Positions 27,585 to 40,300 of a stretch of 48,531 nt of DNA are shown piece by piece; positions within the stretch are counted from its first letter, which is position 1; every line of letters starts with the position of its first letter. Below the pieces are notes generated by a model. That model did not search any database, was not told the origin of the DNA, and worked only from the letters and a program-made list of their open reading frames with translations. The DNA is from Octopus sinensis. Taxonomy: Eukaryota. The stretch covers positions 1 through 48,531 of the forward strand of contig NW_021834450.1 of assembly GCF_006345805.1 (NCBI RefSeq), read 5' to 3'. The position numbers and the translations under genes were made by a program.

Positions 27585-28960
27585 TATCTAGTTTCAGCGC
27601 ACGAGTTGTGGCCACGCTGGGGCACCACCATTTGGTGTTGCTACATGATTTTATTTCACGAATGCTTTTTAGCAATTGCCATTTGGTGCATGAGAGAGTT
27701 CGATGCAGCTGCCCTCATCTGGGATACCTGACAAGAAGAGATCCAGTTTCATTTTAAAGACATCTGCATCCACCCCATGCAGGTCTCTTAGGTTCTTCGG
27801 GAGGATATTGAAGAGCTGTGGACCTCTGAAGCCCAAGCTATCACAGTATCTTGTCCTACATCTTGAAGTCAAATTTGGAGTCCTTGGCACTATGCAGTGG
27901 CACACAGTTCTAGCATTTGTGTAACTCTCGATGCCAAAGTTTGGGACAAGTCCTAGGATCTTCCAGATGTATATTATGGCATATCTTCTCGCTTACGCTC
28001 TAAGGAATAGAGTCTTAATCTCTTGAGTCTTTTCCAGTAGTTATATGCTGCACAGAGGCTATCTTCTTCGTGTAGCTTCGTTGGATCGCCTCAAGTTCTG
28101 TGATTGACACTGGATGGTGACCATAGCTGAGAGCAATAGTCAAAGTGGCTTAGGACAAGTGTCCTCCAGAGGACCATCATGGTTTCCTGATCTCTTGTTC
28201 TAAAGGTTCTAAGAATCCATCCGGTCAGCCGCCTACATTTCATTGCCAATTTAGCAACATGCACACGAACGGTTGCATCATCACTCATGTAAATACCCAG
28301 GTCTCGCACTGATTGTACTTCTGGGATTGCAATCCCTCCAGGTCCAGTGTATTTATTGGGCATTCCATTTAGTTTTGCATGCTGATAGCATAAGGCTTGA
28401 AACTTTTCAGCATTGAACTGCATGCTATTCTTTTCAGCCCACTTGTATATTTTGTCCAGCTCACATTGCAGGTGCTTAGTGTCTTCAGGGTTCTGTATTG
28501 CCTGTGAAACTTTTGTATCATCTGCATAACTTGTGATCATGGCTCTCTGCGTGACTGAGGGCATGTCTGAGAGGGCCATTATGAACAGTAGTGGTCCCAA
28601 AACAGTGCCTTGCGGAACACCGCTCACTATTTGCGTGTTAATGGAAGTGGCCCCATTGGCTACTACCACCTGGCTTTTATCCTTCAGAAAGTCATGAAGC
28701 CATTCTCCCAATTTTCCAACTATGCTAAGATCACGCAGTTTGTGACATATCATTCCATGATCGACTTTATCAAAGGCCTTTGCAAAGTCGAGATATATGA
28801 CTTCCACATTTGAGTGGTTGAGCAGTCGTTTCAGCACCCAGTCATAGTGTTGTAGGAGCTGAGTTAGGCAGTTTCTTCCTGGTCGGAAACCATGTTGGGT
28901 GTCAGGCAGCAAGTCATTTTCTTCAAGGAAGGTGATTAGTTTCCTTCTGACTATTCGATT
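27585..28960 (-). mobile_element. CR1-group LINE, RT to 3' end, 5'-truncated
   Basis: QHGFRPGRNC, YLDFAKAFDKVDH, SGVPQGTVLGPLLF, YADD. A smaller copy lies at about 34372-34675(-). Confidence 0.9.
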
Positions 28961-29345
28961 TAGGAAAGGTCATGTTGCCAGTTTAGCCAATAAATGTTTG
29001 GTGTTACTTTGCTTCAGCCTTATTTACTTTTTACATTAATCTTAATCTTATTTCGGCCAGAGTTCTTTCGTCACACTTCTCTGACCTCATTAGTGGTCCT
29101 TTGCTTTCTTCTTTCTTATTTGTGTGTCTCTTCTTACTAAGAAAATAGCTCATCGGTTCTGTACCAGCACGCCGAGCAGGAACACGGGGGCCCCTCTCAA
29201 AAACATAGAAGCTAAAATATTGTCCACACATAGAACAGACGCAACAATTAGACAAATTACAGAAGCTACACACATAATAGAAGATAAACCTAACCTGAAT
29301 AGGAAACTGGAATGGAACATTAGCACCCAACACAACATATGACAG
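28960..29345. mobile_element. Penelope-like remnant: GIY-YIG C-terminus (+) and an opposed pLTR-like segment (-)
   Basis: AKILSTH..IRQITEATHII..PNLN..EW resembles PLE endonuclease tails; hammerhead-like motif at 29051-29093(-). Confidence 0.55.
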
Positions 29346-29533
29346 AAGAAGATCCCCATAAACTGGTAACAAACTGCTGTGTCGCCATTTTTCGTTGTAT
29401 TTCAACCAGAAAAATGTTCACTTAAAGGGAATAACATCTACATAATGCAAAATATTTACTTTTAAAAAATTCCAATTCTGAAGGGCCGAAACAAACCCGA
29501 GCAACGCCGGGCGATACTGCTCTTTATAATATA

Positions 29534-29917
29534 CTAGCAGTATCACCCGGCGTTGCTCAGGTTTGTAAGGGAAATAACTATAAAACATTTTTAGAGAGTT
29601 ATAGCCAAAAAATAGCAGAAAAATGGAAAAAAAAATGATGGTAAATTTTTTTTGAGAGTTAAAAAAGGTGGAGTTGCGTCCCCAGACGGTCTGTGGTTTG
29701 GGTTTCTGATTCTCGACCCCATGTCGAATTTATCGATTTTTTTCAGAACTGGGGGAACTTTTCAAAATTTTCGCTGCGTTAGTTTTGAATTATGACATTG
29801 GGCTATGTGTGTGTCAAGTTTCATCAGAATCGGTTGAAAGCCGTGGTCAGAGTGAGGGTACGAGAAAACAGACACACAGAAAACGCACAGACAAACTGCC
29901 GTTTATATATAGAGAGA
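29534..29917 (-). mobile_element. Non-autonomous Helitron
   Basis: On the minus strand: A|TCTCTCTATATATAAA start, hairpin, CTAG|T end. Tail-to-tail with another Helitron 3' fragment at 29367-29521(+). Confidence 0.75.
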
Positions 29918-30941
29918 TTTGGGAAGATTACTTCCCAGCCACAGGAATGAGGCATTCAAATTAACGGAACTAAAGTGAACTCTCAAAATTTCATTGATAT
30001 AAATACATAATTACTTCCCTTAATTCGGAATTATCAAGTGTGGATTCTACGTTATTCGCAAGAGATAGCCATTATTAATTTTCGCCGGGAAAGAACCACA
30101 AATATATAAGTTAACTTTTGTCTCGTTTATTATTTTAATTTTTATTTCGTATATTTTATTCGTATTTTATTCCTTAAATTTTCAAGGTTCATTCATTATT
30201 TTTATTTTTGTTCATAAATTTGTTTAGTAAAAGTATCTTGGTTTTTAGTCAAATAATTTCAATTATCATAGAGTTAGACCGGGCGATGTGTGTGTTTATG
30301 AGCGAAACAGCTAAGCTCCACGCGAAAAAAGGCGGTGAGCTGGCAGAAACGGTAGCACGCCGGCCGGAATGCTTAGCAGTATTTCGGCTGCCGTTACGTT
30401 CTCAGTTCAAATTCCGCCGATGTCGACTTTGCCTTTCATCCTTTCGGGGTCAATAAATTAAGTACCATTTACGCACTGGGGTCTATGTAATCGACTTAAT
30501 CCGTTTGTCTCTCCTTGTTTGTCCTCTCTGTGTTTAGCCCCTTGTGGGTAGTAAAGAAATAGGTATTTCGTCTGACGTTACGTTTTGAGTGCAAATTCGG
30601 CCGAGGTCGACTTTGCCTTTTATCCTTCGGGGTCAATAAATTAAGTACCAGCTACGCACTGGGGTCGATGTAATCGACTTAATCCGTTTGTCTCTCCTTG
30701 TTTGTCCCCTCTATGTTTAGCCACCTGTGGGCAATAAAGAAATAAGAAACAGGAAGAAAAAGTGAGAGAAAGTTGCGATGGAAGAATACAGCAGGTTTCG
30801 CCGTCACCCACTTCAAGATCTTTAGGTGTTTTCGCTCAATAAACACCCACAATGCTCGGTCTGGGAATCGAAACCACGATCCTGCAACCGCGTATCCGCT
30901 GCCCTAAATACTGGGCCATTGCGCCTCCACTGGTATGTAGA

Positions 30942-30972
<31 letters not shown>

Positions 30973-31243
30973 AGCTACACCAATGACCGAACGGGATGAC
31001 ACTGCAGAGTGCAAAGGTCCCAGCAACGCCATCGCGCTTCAGGTCCAGTTACCGCAACAGCCTGGGTTTCAAGGGCCCACAGCTTTTTAATATTCTCCCA
31101 AAGAGCCTAGAAAATCCACTCACAAGGCTTTGGTTGGCCCGAGGCTATGGTAGAAGACACTAGCCCAAGGTGCCACGCTGTGGGACTGAACTCGGAACCA
31201 TGTGGTTGGTAAGCAAGCTACTTACCACACATCCACTCCTACA

Positions 31244-31297
<54 letters not shown>

Positions 31298-31508
31298 CAC
31301 GACGGGCTTCTTTCAGTTTCCGTCTGCCAACCCACTCACTAGGCTTTGGTCGGCCCGAGGCTATAGTAGAAGACTCTTGCCCAAGTTGCCACGCAGTGGG
31401 ACTGAAGCCATGATGCCCGGTCAGGGAATCGAAAGCGCGAACCGGTTACCGTGAGGCCGCTGCCCCTAACCACTTGGCCATTGCGCCTCCACTCGTACGT
31501 AAATAAAT

Positions 31509-31899
31509 CTCTCTATATATAAGTTGACGTTGTCTGTGTATGGTAGGTTTGGTAGCCTTCAACTAATAATATTTCCTCCGAGACCCTTCGACGCAAGTTG
31601 ACCAAAATTGAGAGTATGTTAGAAGAAGGCTTGCTCTTCCTTCCGTAGAAGAAAGAATTCAAATCGGACCATGTTAACACCAAAAATTATTTACATCAAA
31701 AAGGTGCTTTTTTTCTATGAATTACCTATTTTTTTACGATTTTTCTGACGGCTGTGTCGCCATTTTTCGGTGTATTTCAACCGGAAAAATGTTCACTTAA
31801 AGAGAATAACAAACTACATAATGCAGAATTTTTACTTTTCAAAAATTCCAATCCTAAAGGGTCGAAACAAACCCGAGCAACGCCGGGCGATACTGCTAG
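31509..31899 (+). mobile_element. Non-autonomous Helitron 72 bp from the exon 1 donor
   Basis: TCTCTATATATAAG start; cccgagcaacgccgggcgatactgCTAG|T end. Confidence 0.78.
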
Positions 31900-31970
31900 T
31901 AAATAAATGAATATATAGACAGCGCTGAGAACTACAAGATGGAGGAAGAAAAAGATTTTTAAAAACTTAC

Positions 31971-32063
31971 CACAAGATCCTTTTGTCCAGTGCTAAGCAT
32001 CATGGAGTGCAAAACCGTAACTAAAGACAGAAAGGTAACAAATACCAACATTCGCAAATTCAT
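31971..32063 (-). CDS. MMP coding exon 1: signal peptide (MNLRMLVFVTFLSLVTVLHSMMLSTGQKDLV)
   Basis: ATG at 32063, 93 bp = 31 codons with a hydrophobic core, then a GTAAGT donor in phase 0 that joins exon 2 in frame. Not in the ORF track. Confidence 0.85.
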
Positions 32064-32163
32064 TTTGAAAAATAACAGAATTCAATTCTTCTCTTAGCCT
32101 TTGTATATTTGTATATATATGTATGTATATGTATAAATATATATATATATATATGTACACTCG

Positions 32164-32199
<36 letters not shown>

Positions 32200-32756
32200 C
32201 GTCTATGTGTGTCGGTTTGTGCGATTCTCTGTATATAGGAAATTTTCTCGCTTTCTTTTAGAAGCCTCGTATGTTCTACGATCCGGCGAAATTAACGTTT
32301 ATGACTACCATATCATAAATACATATATATATGTATGTATGTATGTATGTGTGTATGTATGTATGTATGTATGTATGTATGTATGTATGTATGTATGTAT
32401 GAATGTATGTATGTATGTATGTATGTATGTATGTATGTATGTATGTATGTATATATGTGTGTTCTTTGGATGGGAACACGAATAATTTAATGGTTTATTT
32501 ACGTGCACTTTTATTTACTCACGCATACACACACACATATATATGTATGTATGTACATGTATATGTATGCGTGTATATATGTGTGTTGTTTGGGTGGGAA
32601 CGCGAATAGTTTAAGGCTCCATTCACGTGCACTTTCCCTCACACTCACACACACACACACATATATACACACAAAAAACCTGTTTAACTTCGTAAACACC
32701 TGATGAAACATTCACGCGCCTTCATACATACATATATACGTACACACACACACACG

Positions 32757-32806
<50 letters not shown>

Positions 32807-33767
32807 ACACACACACACATATATATATATATAAATATATATATACATATGTACACATATGTATTTATAGGATAAAACGGGACAAGTGATGAATGTATTG
32901 TACATTACGTTGCCCGTCTCGTTTCTCTGATTTTTTCGTTGTTCGAAAAACTTCCTTTTCCAGGTTTTTGTCTTTTATGTTCTCATTTTCCACTTTGTTC
33001 ACGTTTTTTCGACGTCCTGTACCCCTATATGTATGTATATATATATATATGTGGGTATGTACATGTATGTAAGTACATATGCATATATATATATTTTCAA
33101 TTATTGGGTAATATTACTTCCGAGTACACAGGAAAAAGACATTCAAATTAGATGTACTAAAATGAACATCTCTCAATGTTTAAATCGTATAAATATATAA
33201 AAGTAGTTTTAGAGACAGAACCACCTTCAACTCAATCAACTTTGAAAGATTTTATACCCGACCACTCCATAAAATGTTAAATATTAAATCTTATACTATT
33301 CTGAATCCCATATTTTCCGTTTATTAGAATACTCGTGTTTCATGAAAGTACGTCGGTATTGATTAGATACGAGGTTTCTAGTTTCAATACGTACTCGGGT
33401 TGACATACTCCCAATCTGCAGGTCTGGAGTTTTATGGGATAGACAGATTGCGCTGTTTGAATGATGGTGGCTTTTCGTGTTGCTGCAGGGGCTAGAGGCG
33501 GTTATCGTTAATTGTGGGTGTAAAAATTTGGGGATTTTGGAAATGGTGGGAGCACCAGCTATGGAGATGATGAAGAGTGGAAGAAGACAAAGAAGAAAAA
33601 GAAGATAAGGCGAAGAAAAATTAAAAAATAAGAAAAGAAAAAGAAAAAGAATCAGGCAAAGAAGACGAACAAAAGAAGAAAGGGAAAGGAGACAACACGC
33701 ACAAAACAACACCACAATCAAAACCCGAGAGAAGCACGGGTCAAAATAGCTAGTATGTATATAAAAG

Positions 33768-34745
33768 TAATTTTAGAGACACAACCAACTTCAACTTAAC
33801 GCTGAAAGGTTTTATACCCGACCACTCCATAAAATGTTAAGAATTAAATCTTATACTAACTATATTCTATTCTGAATCCTGTATTTTCCGTTTATAAGAC
33901 TACACGTGTTTCTTGAAAATACGTCTGTATTGATTAGATACGTGGTATCTAGTTTCAATACTTAATCTAGTCGACATACTCCCAATCTTCAGGTCTGGAT
34001 TCCTCAACATGTTTCACTATCCCTAACTCTATATCTTCAATATAATCTTATTTAACATGTACAAATGAATCGAAATACAAATAATAAATAAAAATAATAA
34101 CTGAATATTAAAAATTTAAGGAGTAAAAATTTAAGGAATAAAAAAACAACGAATAAACATTTAAGAAAAAACATTTAAGGAAAAAAATTTAAAGAGAAAA
34201 AATACGAGTAAAAATTACGAATAAACGTTCTTAATAACGAATAAAGAATTGCGAATAAACAAATACGAGATAAAAATGAAATAATAATGAAATGAAAATT
34301 TTTTCCGTAAATGTTTATTCCGTGAGTTTTTATAAACGGAAAACACAGGATTCAGAATAGATATAGTTAAATCCTTCAATCCTTAAAAATGTTTCAGCCC
34401 GAAAGCTGCGGCCTTGCTCATCTCTGATACGTGGCACTTGGTCAACAAGGGAGTTCGACGCCGCTGCCCGCATCTGTGTTTCCTGCCGAGAAGTAGGTTC
34501 ACCTGGAACCCCTGACAAGAAGAGATCCAGTTTAGTTTTAAAGAAACCCACATCCACACCATGCAGGTCTCTCAGGCATTTAGGAAGGATATTGAAGAGC
34601 TGTGGCTCCCTGAAACCCAAGCTGTTGCAGTATCTGCTCCTGTATTTTGATGGTGATATTGGGATCTTTGGCAACTAATATTTAATTTTTAACATTTTAT
34701 AGAGTGGTCAGGTATAAAACTTTTCAGAGTTGATTACTTTTATAT
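33768..34745. mobile_element. Foldback element with imperfect long inverted ends; CR1 fragment inserted in the right arm
   Basis: 33770-33900 is matched in reverse by 34330-34370 plus 34680-34745. A related left end lies at 33190-33420. Confidence 0.6.
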
Positions 34746-34774
34746 ATGTGCATATAATAATAATAATGACAATG

Positions 34775-34847
<73 letters not shown>

Positions 34848-34855
34848 TGATGATG

Positions 34856-34897
<42 letters not shown>

Positions 34898-34907
34898 TAA
34901 TGATGGA

Positions 34908-34944
<37 letters not shown>

Positions 34945-34990
34945 TAATAATAATAATAATAATAATGATGATGATGATGATAATAATATC

Positions 34991-35037
<47 letters not shown>

Positions 35038-35048
35038 TAATAATAATA

Positions 35049-35079
<31 letters not shown>

Positions 35080-35080
35080 C

Positions 35081-35167
<87 letters not shown>

Positions 35168-35732
35168 CTTGGTATAAAAGATGGGCTGCAGCAAATATTC
35201 TGCTCAATACCACAGATTTGCTTGTCAGTTGTTTGACCTTAACCAGTTGAGCATGTTCCTTGGAGGCTGATGATATGTGCATCTCTGATCACGAGCAGAA
35301 GTAGTGGGGGAGTATCATAGCTGTGTGTTGAAAGGAATTCTTAGAGGTTTGGATAATTCACCTTTGGAAACATGGGTGATTCGTTTAACATCCTTAAACA
35401 ACCCTTATTCAGGGACCTTTTGAGTGGGATGTGTTACTCGACCAGAAGAAAAATTCTAACTGCACCCCACCTGCAAGGTCAAGCGCTGTTTATCTCGATA
35501 TGAGATCACCATGTCGCGCACATATGGTTGCGATGCATTTGCCTAGTGTACCCCTATTAGACGGGTAGTCATGATGGGTATACTGGGCTTCGTATATTTT
35601 ACCCCAGTGTCACTTGGCATGTACTGCTCTCTCACTCAATAATAATAATAATATGAGGGAATAATATTCCAAAATTACAGGGAAAAATTAAATTTAGAGA
35701 TACTAAATGAAATTTCACAAAATATAATATAT

Positions 35733-35779
<47 letters not shown>

Positions 35780-35965
35780 TAGAAAAAAACACCTTTTATC
35801 AATTCAATAATGAAAAATTAAATTACACCATTTAGAAAACTTTTATCTTATAGAAAGATTAAATTACGATAAAACATATAACAATGATTAATTAATGAGC
35901 AAAATATTAAGTAAAACGTATATATTATTATTATCATTATCATTATTATATTATTATTATTATTA

Positions 35966-36054
<89 letters not shown>

Positions 36055-36058
<4 letters not shown>

Positions 36059-36830
36059 TTTTTTTTTTCTTCTTTCAAATTTTCTTCCATTCTTGCCGAG
36101 TGTCTTCCCGACTCCTAGGGCAAAGAAACTCATAGTGTATATTGGTAGGCCATTAAACCAAACTCAGTAGTTCGTTAATTTTTTAAAATTTTTTTTTTTA
36201 AAGTTAAATTAAAATACATGAGCAGCAACAGTTCTCACATCGACAATGCTCTTCTCAATACGTGTGATGTACCAGTTAAGACGATCTTTTGCACTTCTTG
36301 CAGGGATGGTAAGCCAGGGATCATTCTCATATAATTTTCGGTTCCCTTCTTGATCATTCCTAGTGCTCCTACGATCACTGGTATTGTAACCGCCTTGAGA
36401 TGCCACATTTTCTCAATTTCAATGAGTAGGTCTTTATATTTTCTGAGCTTGTCAAACTCTTTCGCTGATATATTATGATCACAGGGGATGCTCATGTCGA
36501 TCAATAAGCAAACTTTATTGTTTTGGTCTTTCACAACAATATCTGGTTTATTGGCCTTGATGGTTCGGTCTGTATGTACTGGAAAGTCCCACAGAATGGT
36601 TACATTTTCTCCTTCAGTTACAGCCTCAGGGTGGTGATTATACCACTTGTCGGCAGTTTTGATATTGTAATGCCGACTTATTAGCCAGTGGAGATATTGG
36701 CCAACTCTGTCATGTCTTAATTTATACTCCACTGGTGCTAAGACTTTACATCCAGAGATTAGGTGGTCCACTGTTTCAATCATGTCGTTGCAGAATCGGC
36801 ATTTGGGTCTGCTCCATTTTTCATCACATT
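36055..36830 (-). mobile_element. 5'-truncated R4/Dong-type LINE (REL domain)
   Basis: ETVDHLISGC, RHD, NKPD..IDMSIP, K..KY; 3' UTR shared with the 14785 copy; (TAA)n on both sides. Confidence 0.9.
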
Positions 36831-36840
36831 ATTATTATTG

Positions 36841-36877
<37 letters not shown>

Positions 36878-36950
36878 ATTATTATATTATTATTATTATT
36901 ATTATTATATTATTATTATTATTATTATTATTTATTATATTATTATTATT

Positions 36951-37003
<53 letters not shown>

Positions 37004-37028
37004 TATTATCATTATCATTATATTATAT

Positions 37029-37078
<50 letters not shown>

Positions 37079-37083
<5 letters not shown>

Positions 37084-37245
37084 TATGTTTGACTTTTGCT
37101 TTATATTTGTACAAGTTGGCTCCAAGTCTCACCCAGAGACCTCAAGGGACAACAGGCTGGAAGTTCATGTTGTTGTTATGCCTAGTGTGCCATATATTTG
37201 GGGGGTGGGGGTGTTGTACTAATGAATGTCTAAAAAAAAAGTTTA
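37079..37245 (-). mobile_element. 3'-UTR-only copy of the R4-type family at 1681-4356
   Basis: ggtctctgggtgagacttggagccaacttgtacaaatataa matches 4298-4340; (TAA)n on both sides. Confidence 0.85.
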
Positions 37246-37248
37246 TTA

Positions 37249-37316
<68 letters not shown>

Positions 37317-37375
37317 CATTATTATTATTGTTATATTTTAAAAAAAGATTGACGTAACTCTTCACAAAGGTAAAC

Positions 37376-40300
37376 AGTCAAGACGAAGAGCACGATTCGA
37401 TTGTAAGTTATTTTATTGAACGATATTTCAACAGTATGTCTGTCTTTGTCAAGATCAAAATAAGCAGTGATAAAAATTCAGAAATTGAAACGTAAAGTAA
37501 ATTTAAACGTGAGCAAGTAGCGTCCACTCGTTGATGGAATGACATCATCAGTTTTTATGTCTTTAACAGGCGAAAAGAAAGAAAAAATAACAGAAAAAAG
37601 AAGACGACAGAAAAAAGGGAAAAAGGAAAGAAAAACAGAGAAAGAAGAATATTTAATCAAACAGCTTTGTATAAGTTTGATGATATTCTCCTGTTATTTG
37701 TTTCATTCTTCCAGGGCGTGATGTTAATAACCTGCAAACATATTTCTCCTCATACATTCTGAGAAGTGAAAGCGAAGTAAATTCAGAATATTTTCTGAGA
37801 ATATGCACTTTCAAGTCTTCTTCAAATTTGCAGCCGCTTGAAACAAAATGTTCAGCAAGTTCTGTCGAACTACTGTTATTGTGGCTGACGTCGAATCTGT
37901 GCCCATTAAACCTTTTGTTTAATTGTTCCGTTGTACAACCAACATAAATTAAGTTGTGTTTCGTGCATTGTGCAGCATACACCAAATGGGAATCTTTACA
38001 TGTTCCACCTTCTGTATAAATCATAACATTTCTGTTATCATTTCTGATGGAATTCACTTCACTCATGTTGTTGCACAATGAACAGGGCTTACCTCTCTTG
38101 CAGCTGTTCTTTAAGGTACAGCGTGTAGATACTCCAATGTTCGTTTTCTTGGAGTCAGATATAGAGGTCAATAATTCTCTTATATTCTTATTCCGTCTAA
38201 AAGCTACAATAGGTGGCTGAGGAAATATCTGTTTGAAACGAGGATATTTTTTCGCCCCATGCTGGTAACTTTCATGAAACACTTTTGAAATGCCAGCGAA
38301 ATGTCGGTGCCAGTTAATCACTAAAGGAATTCTGTCTTCTATTGTATTGTGTTTGCTAAAATTATGCGTATAGGTTTGACCATCTTTGCCAATTTTAGCT
38401 ATTTCATTTGCTATTTCCTTTAATTGTGATTCACTGTAACCACGTTTGACATAATGACATACAAAACCATTTGCATGTTTTCAGTAGTCCCCTATGTCAG
38501 TACAAATGCGTTTTATCCTCCAAAATTGGTATTTCGGATTTGACCGAATAAGATGATGTGGATGATCGGAGCAGTGGTGGAGATAAACGTGAGATGACGT
38601 GGGCTTGCAAAATAATCCTGTCGTTATTCTGCCTCCAGAAAACTTGACTTTTGTGTCAAATAATTCAACGCTAGATTTTGAAAAACTAGACGTAAATTTT
38701 ATGCTGGACTTGAAGCCATAGTTTCTAGCATAACAGTCACAGAAATGCAAGAAGTCCATTAAACTATCCTGTGATCCTTCCCAGACAAAAAATACATCGT
38801 CAATGAACCGTAACCAAAGTATTGGTTCATGACCATGAAAGGATTTGAATGTCTTCAGTAACTGTGTCTCGAATTTCGTCATGAAGACATTAGCGAAATT
38901 AACTGCCATGGGGGTACCCATGGCACAACCCTTTGTCTGGTGGTAAAATCTTTGTCTAAACTTCATTGTGTTACTCTCTAACACAAACCTCAATAATCTA
39001 CAGAGAAATTTTGATGGAATACTTTTGTTTGACCGCTTTTCGAAGTATCCATGCATGCTTCTACCCCTTCATTGTAGTCAATATTGGGATATAAGGAAGA
39101 AACATCCATGGTTACCAAAAAACAGTTCTCAATATGGCCTCGGTGCTTGAAAAAGATTGATTTTAGATACAAAATCAAAGGTATTCCGAATATAGGAACT
39201 TGATCGTTTTGCGGCGGGGACTAGAAAGCCATCCAGCCATTCCGAAATTTTGGCCGTGCGACATTCATATCTGCTGCAAATTGGGCGCATTGGAGGAAAT
39301 CTTTCGAACTTTTTGTGTATTTTAGGGAGACCATAAAATACAGGTGTTCTTCTTTCTGACCTTAAAATCTTAGATTCAGCCTTATTAACGAAATTGCTTC
39401 CTCCATTTCCAGAATTATTTTGTCAAGCTCCTCTCTGTAATTGGGGTTTGGATCGACAGGTAATTCTTCATATGAAGTTTTGTCATGTAAAGCTTCTTCA
39501 CAAGCCGAAATATACTCACTTTTGTCCATAATTACAATAGCCCCTCCCTTATCCGCCATCTTAATAACAATAGAATTGTTATTAGCTAGACGTTGGAGTG
39601 CGTAACCTTGGGAATTTGTGAGGTTGTTCCAGGTGCTTGTGAACATCCATCCCGAACTTTATCTGGACACCAATTGGGATTCTTTTCAATCCAATTATGC
39701 CAGATTCGATCATCATCATTTTTATTTTTTGTAAACATAGGGTTTTCTGACTCCTTGTGACTAGTTTTTTCAAAAAAATATTCTTTCAGCTTGTGACGCC
39801 GGACAAACTGAAATAGCCCTTGAGCTAGTTTATTCTTGTCGAAATTCTTAGTGCTTGGGCAAAAACTCATTCCAAGCTCTAAGACTGAGACATCATCGGG
39901 CGAAAGTTTTAGTTTAGATAAATTTATAACCGACTTATTCTCTAGTATGATGGTCTTTCTCGGGCAAGTGGTTTTCAGAATCTTTTTCTCATTAGATTCC
40001 TGACTACTTTTTGGGCTTTGCTCGAAATCTTCACATAAAGCACGAAACCTATTGGGCGATAAAGTTTGTTCTGTACGTTCATGAGAGAAGTTATAATTTT
40101 TAGTCGTCTTTCTAGGGGCAATCCATTTCTGGGTGGTTTGATAGAAAGTGAGTGACTTCAGTGGTTTTTGTAGGCATTTGAAAAACCTCTACTTTCGGGA
40201 AAGGAACAAATCTATTGTTTTTGAGGCAAAAATCTTAAGTGTGCTCGCATTTTTGACTGATCAAATAGAAACTTCTCTGGAGTGTTTCCAATGACCAGTT

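Noticed and set aside
32064-33150. MMP promoter or 5' UTR exon
   Set aside because: Dominated by TA/TACA/CA repeats, so a TATA box or acceptor cannot be distinguished from background.
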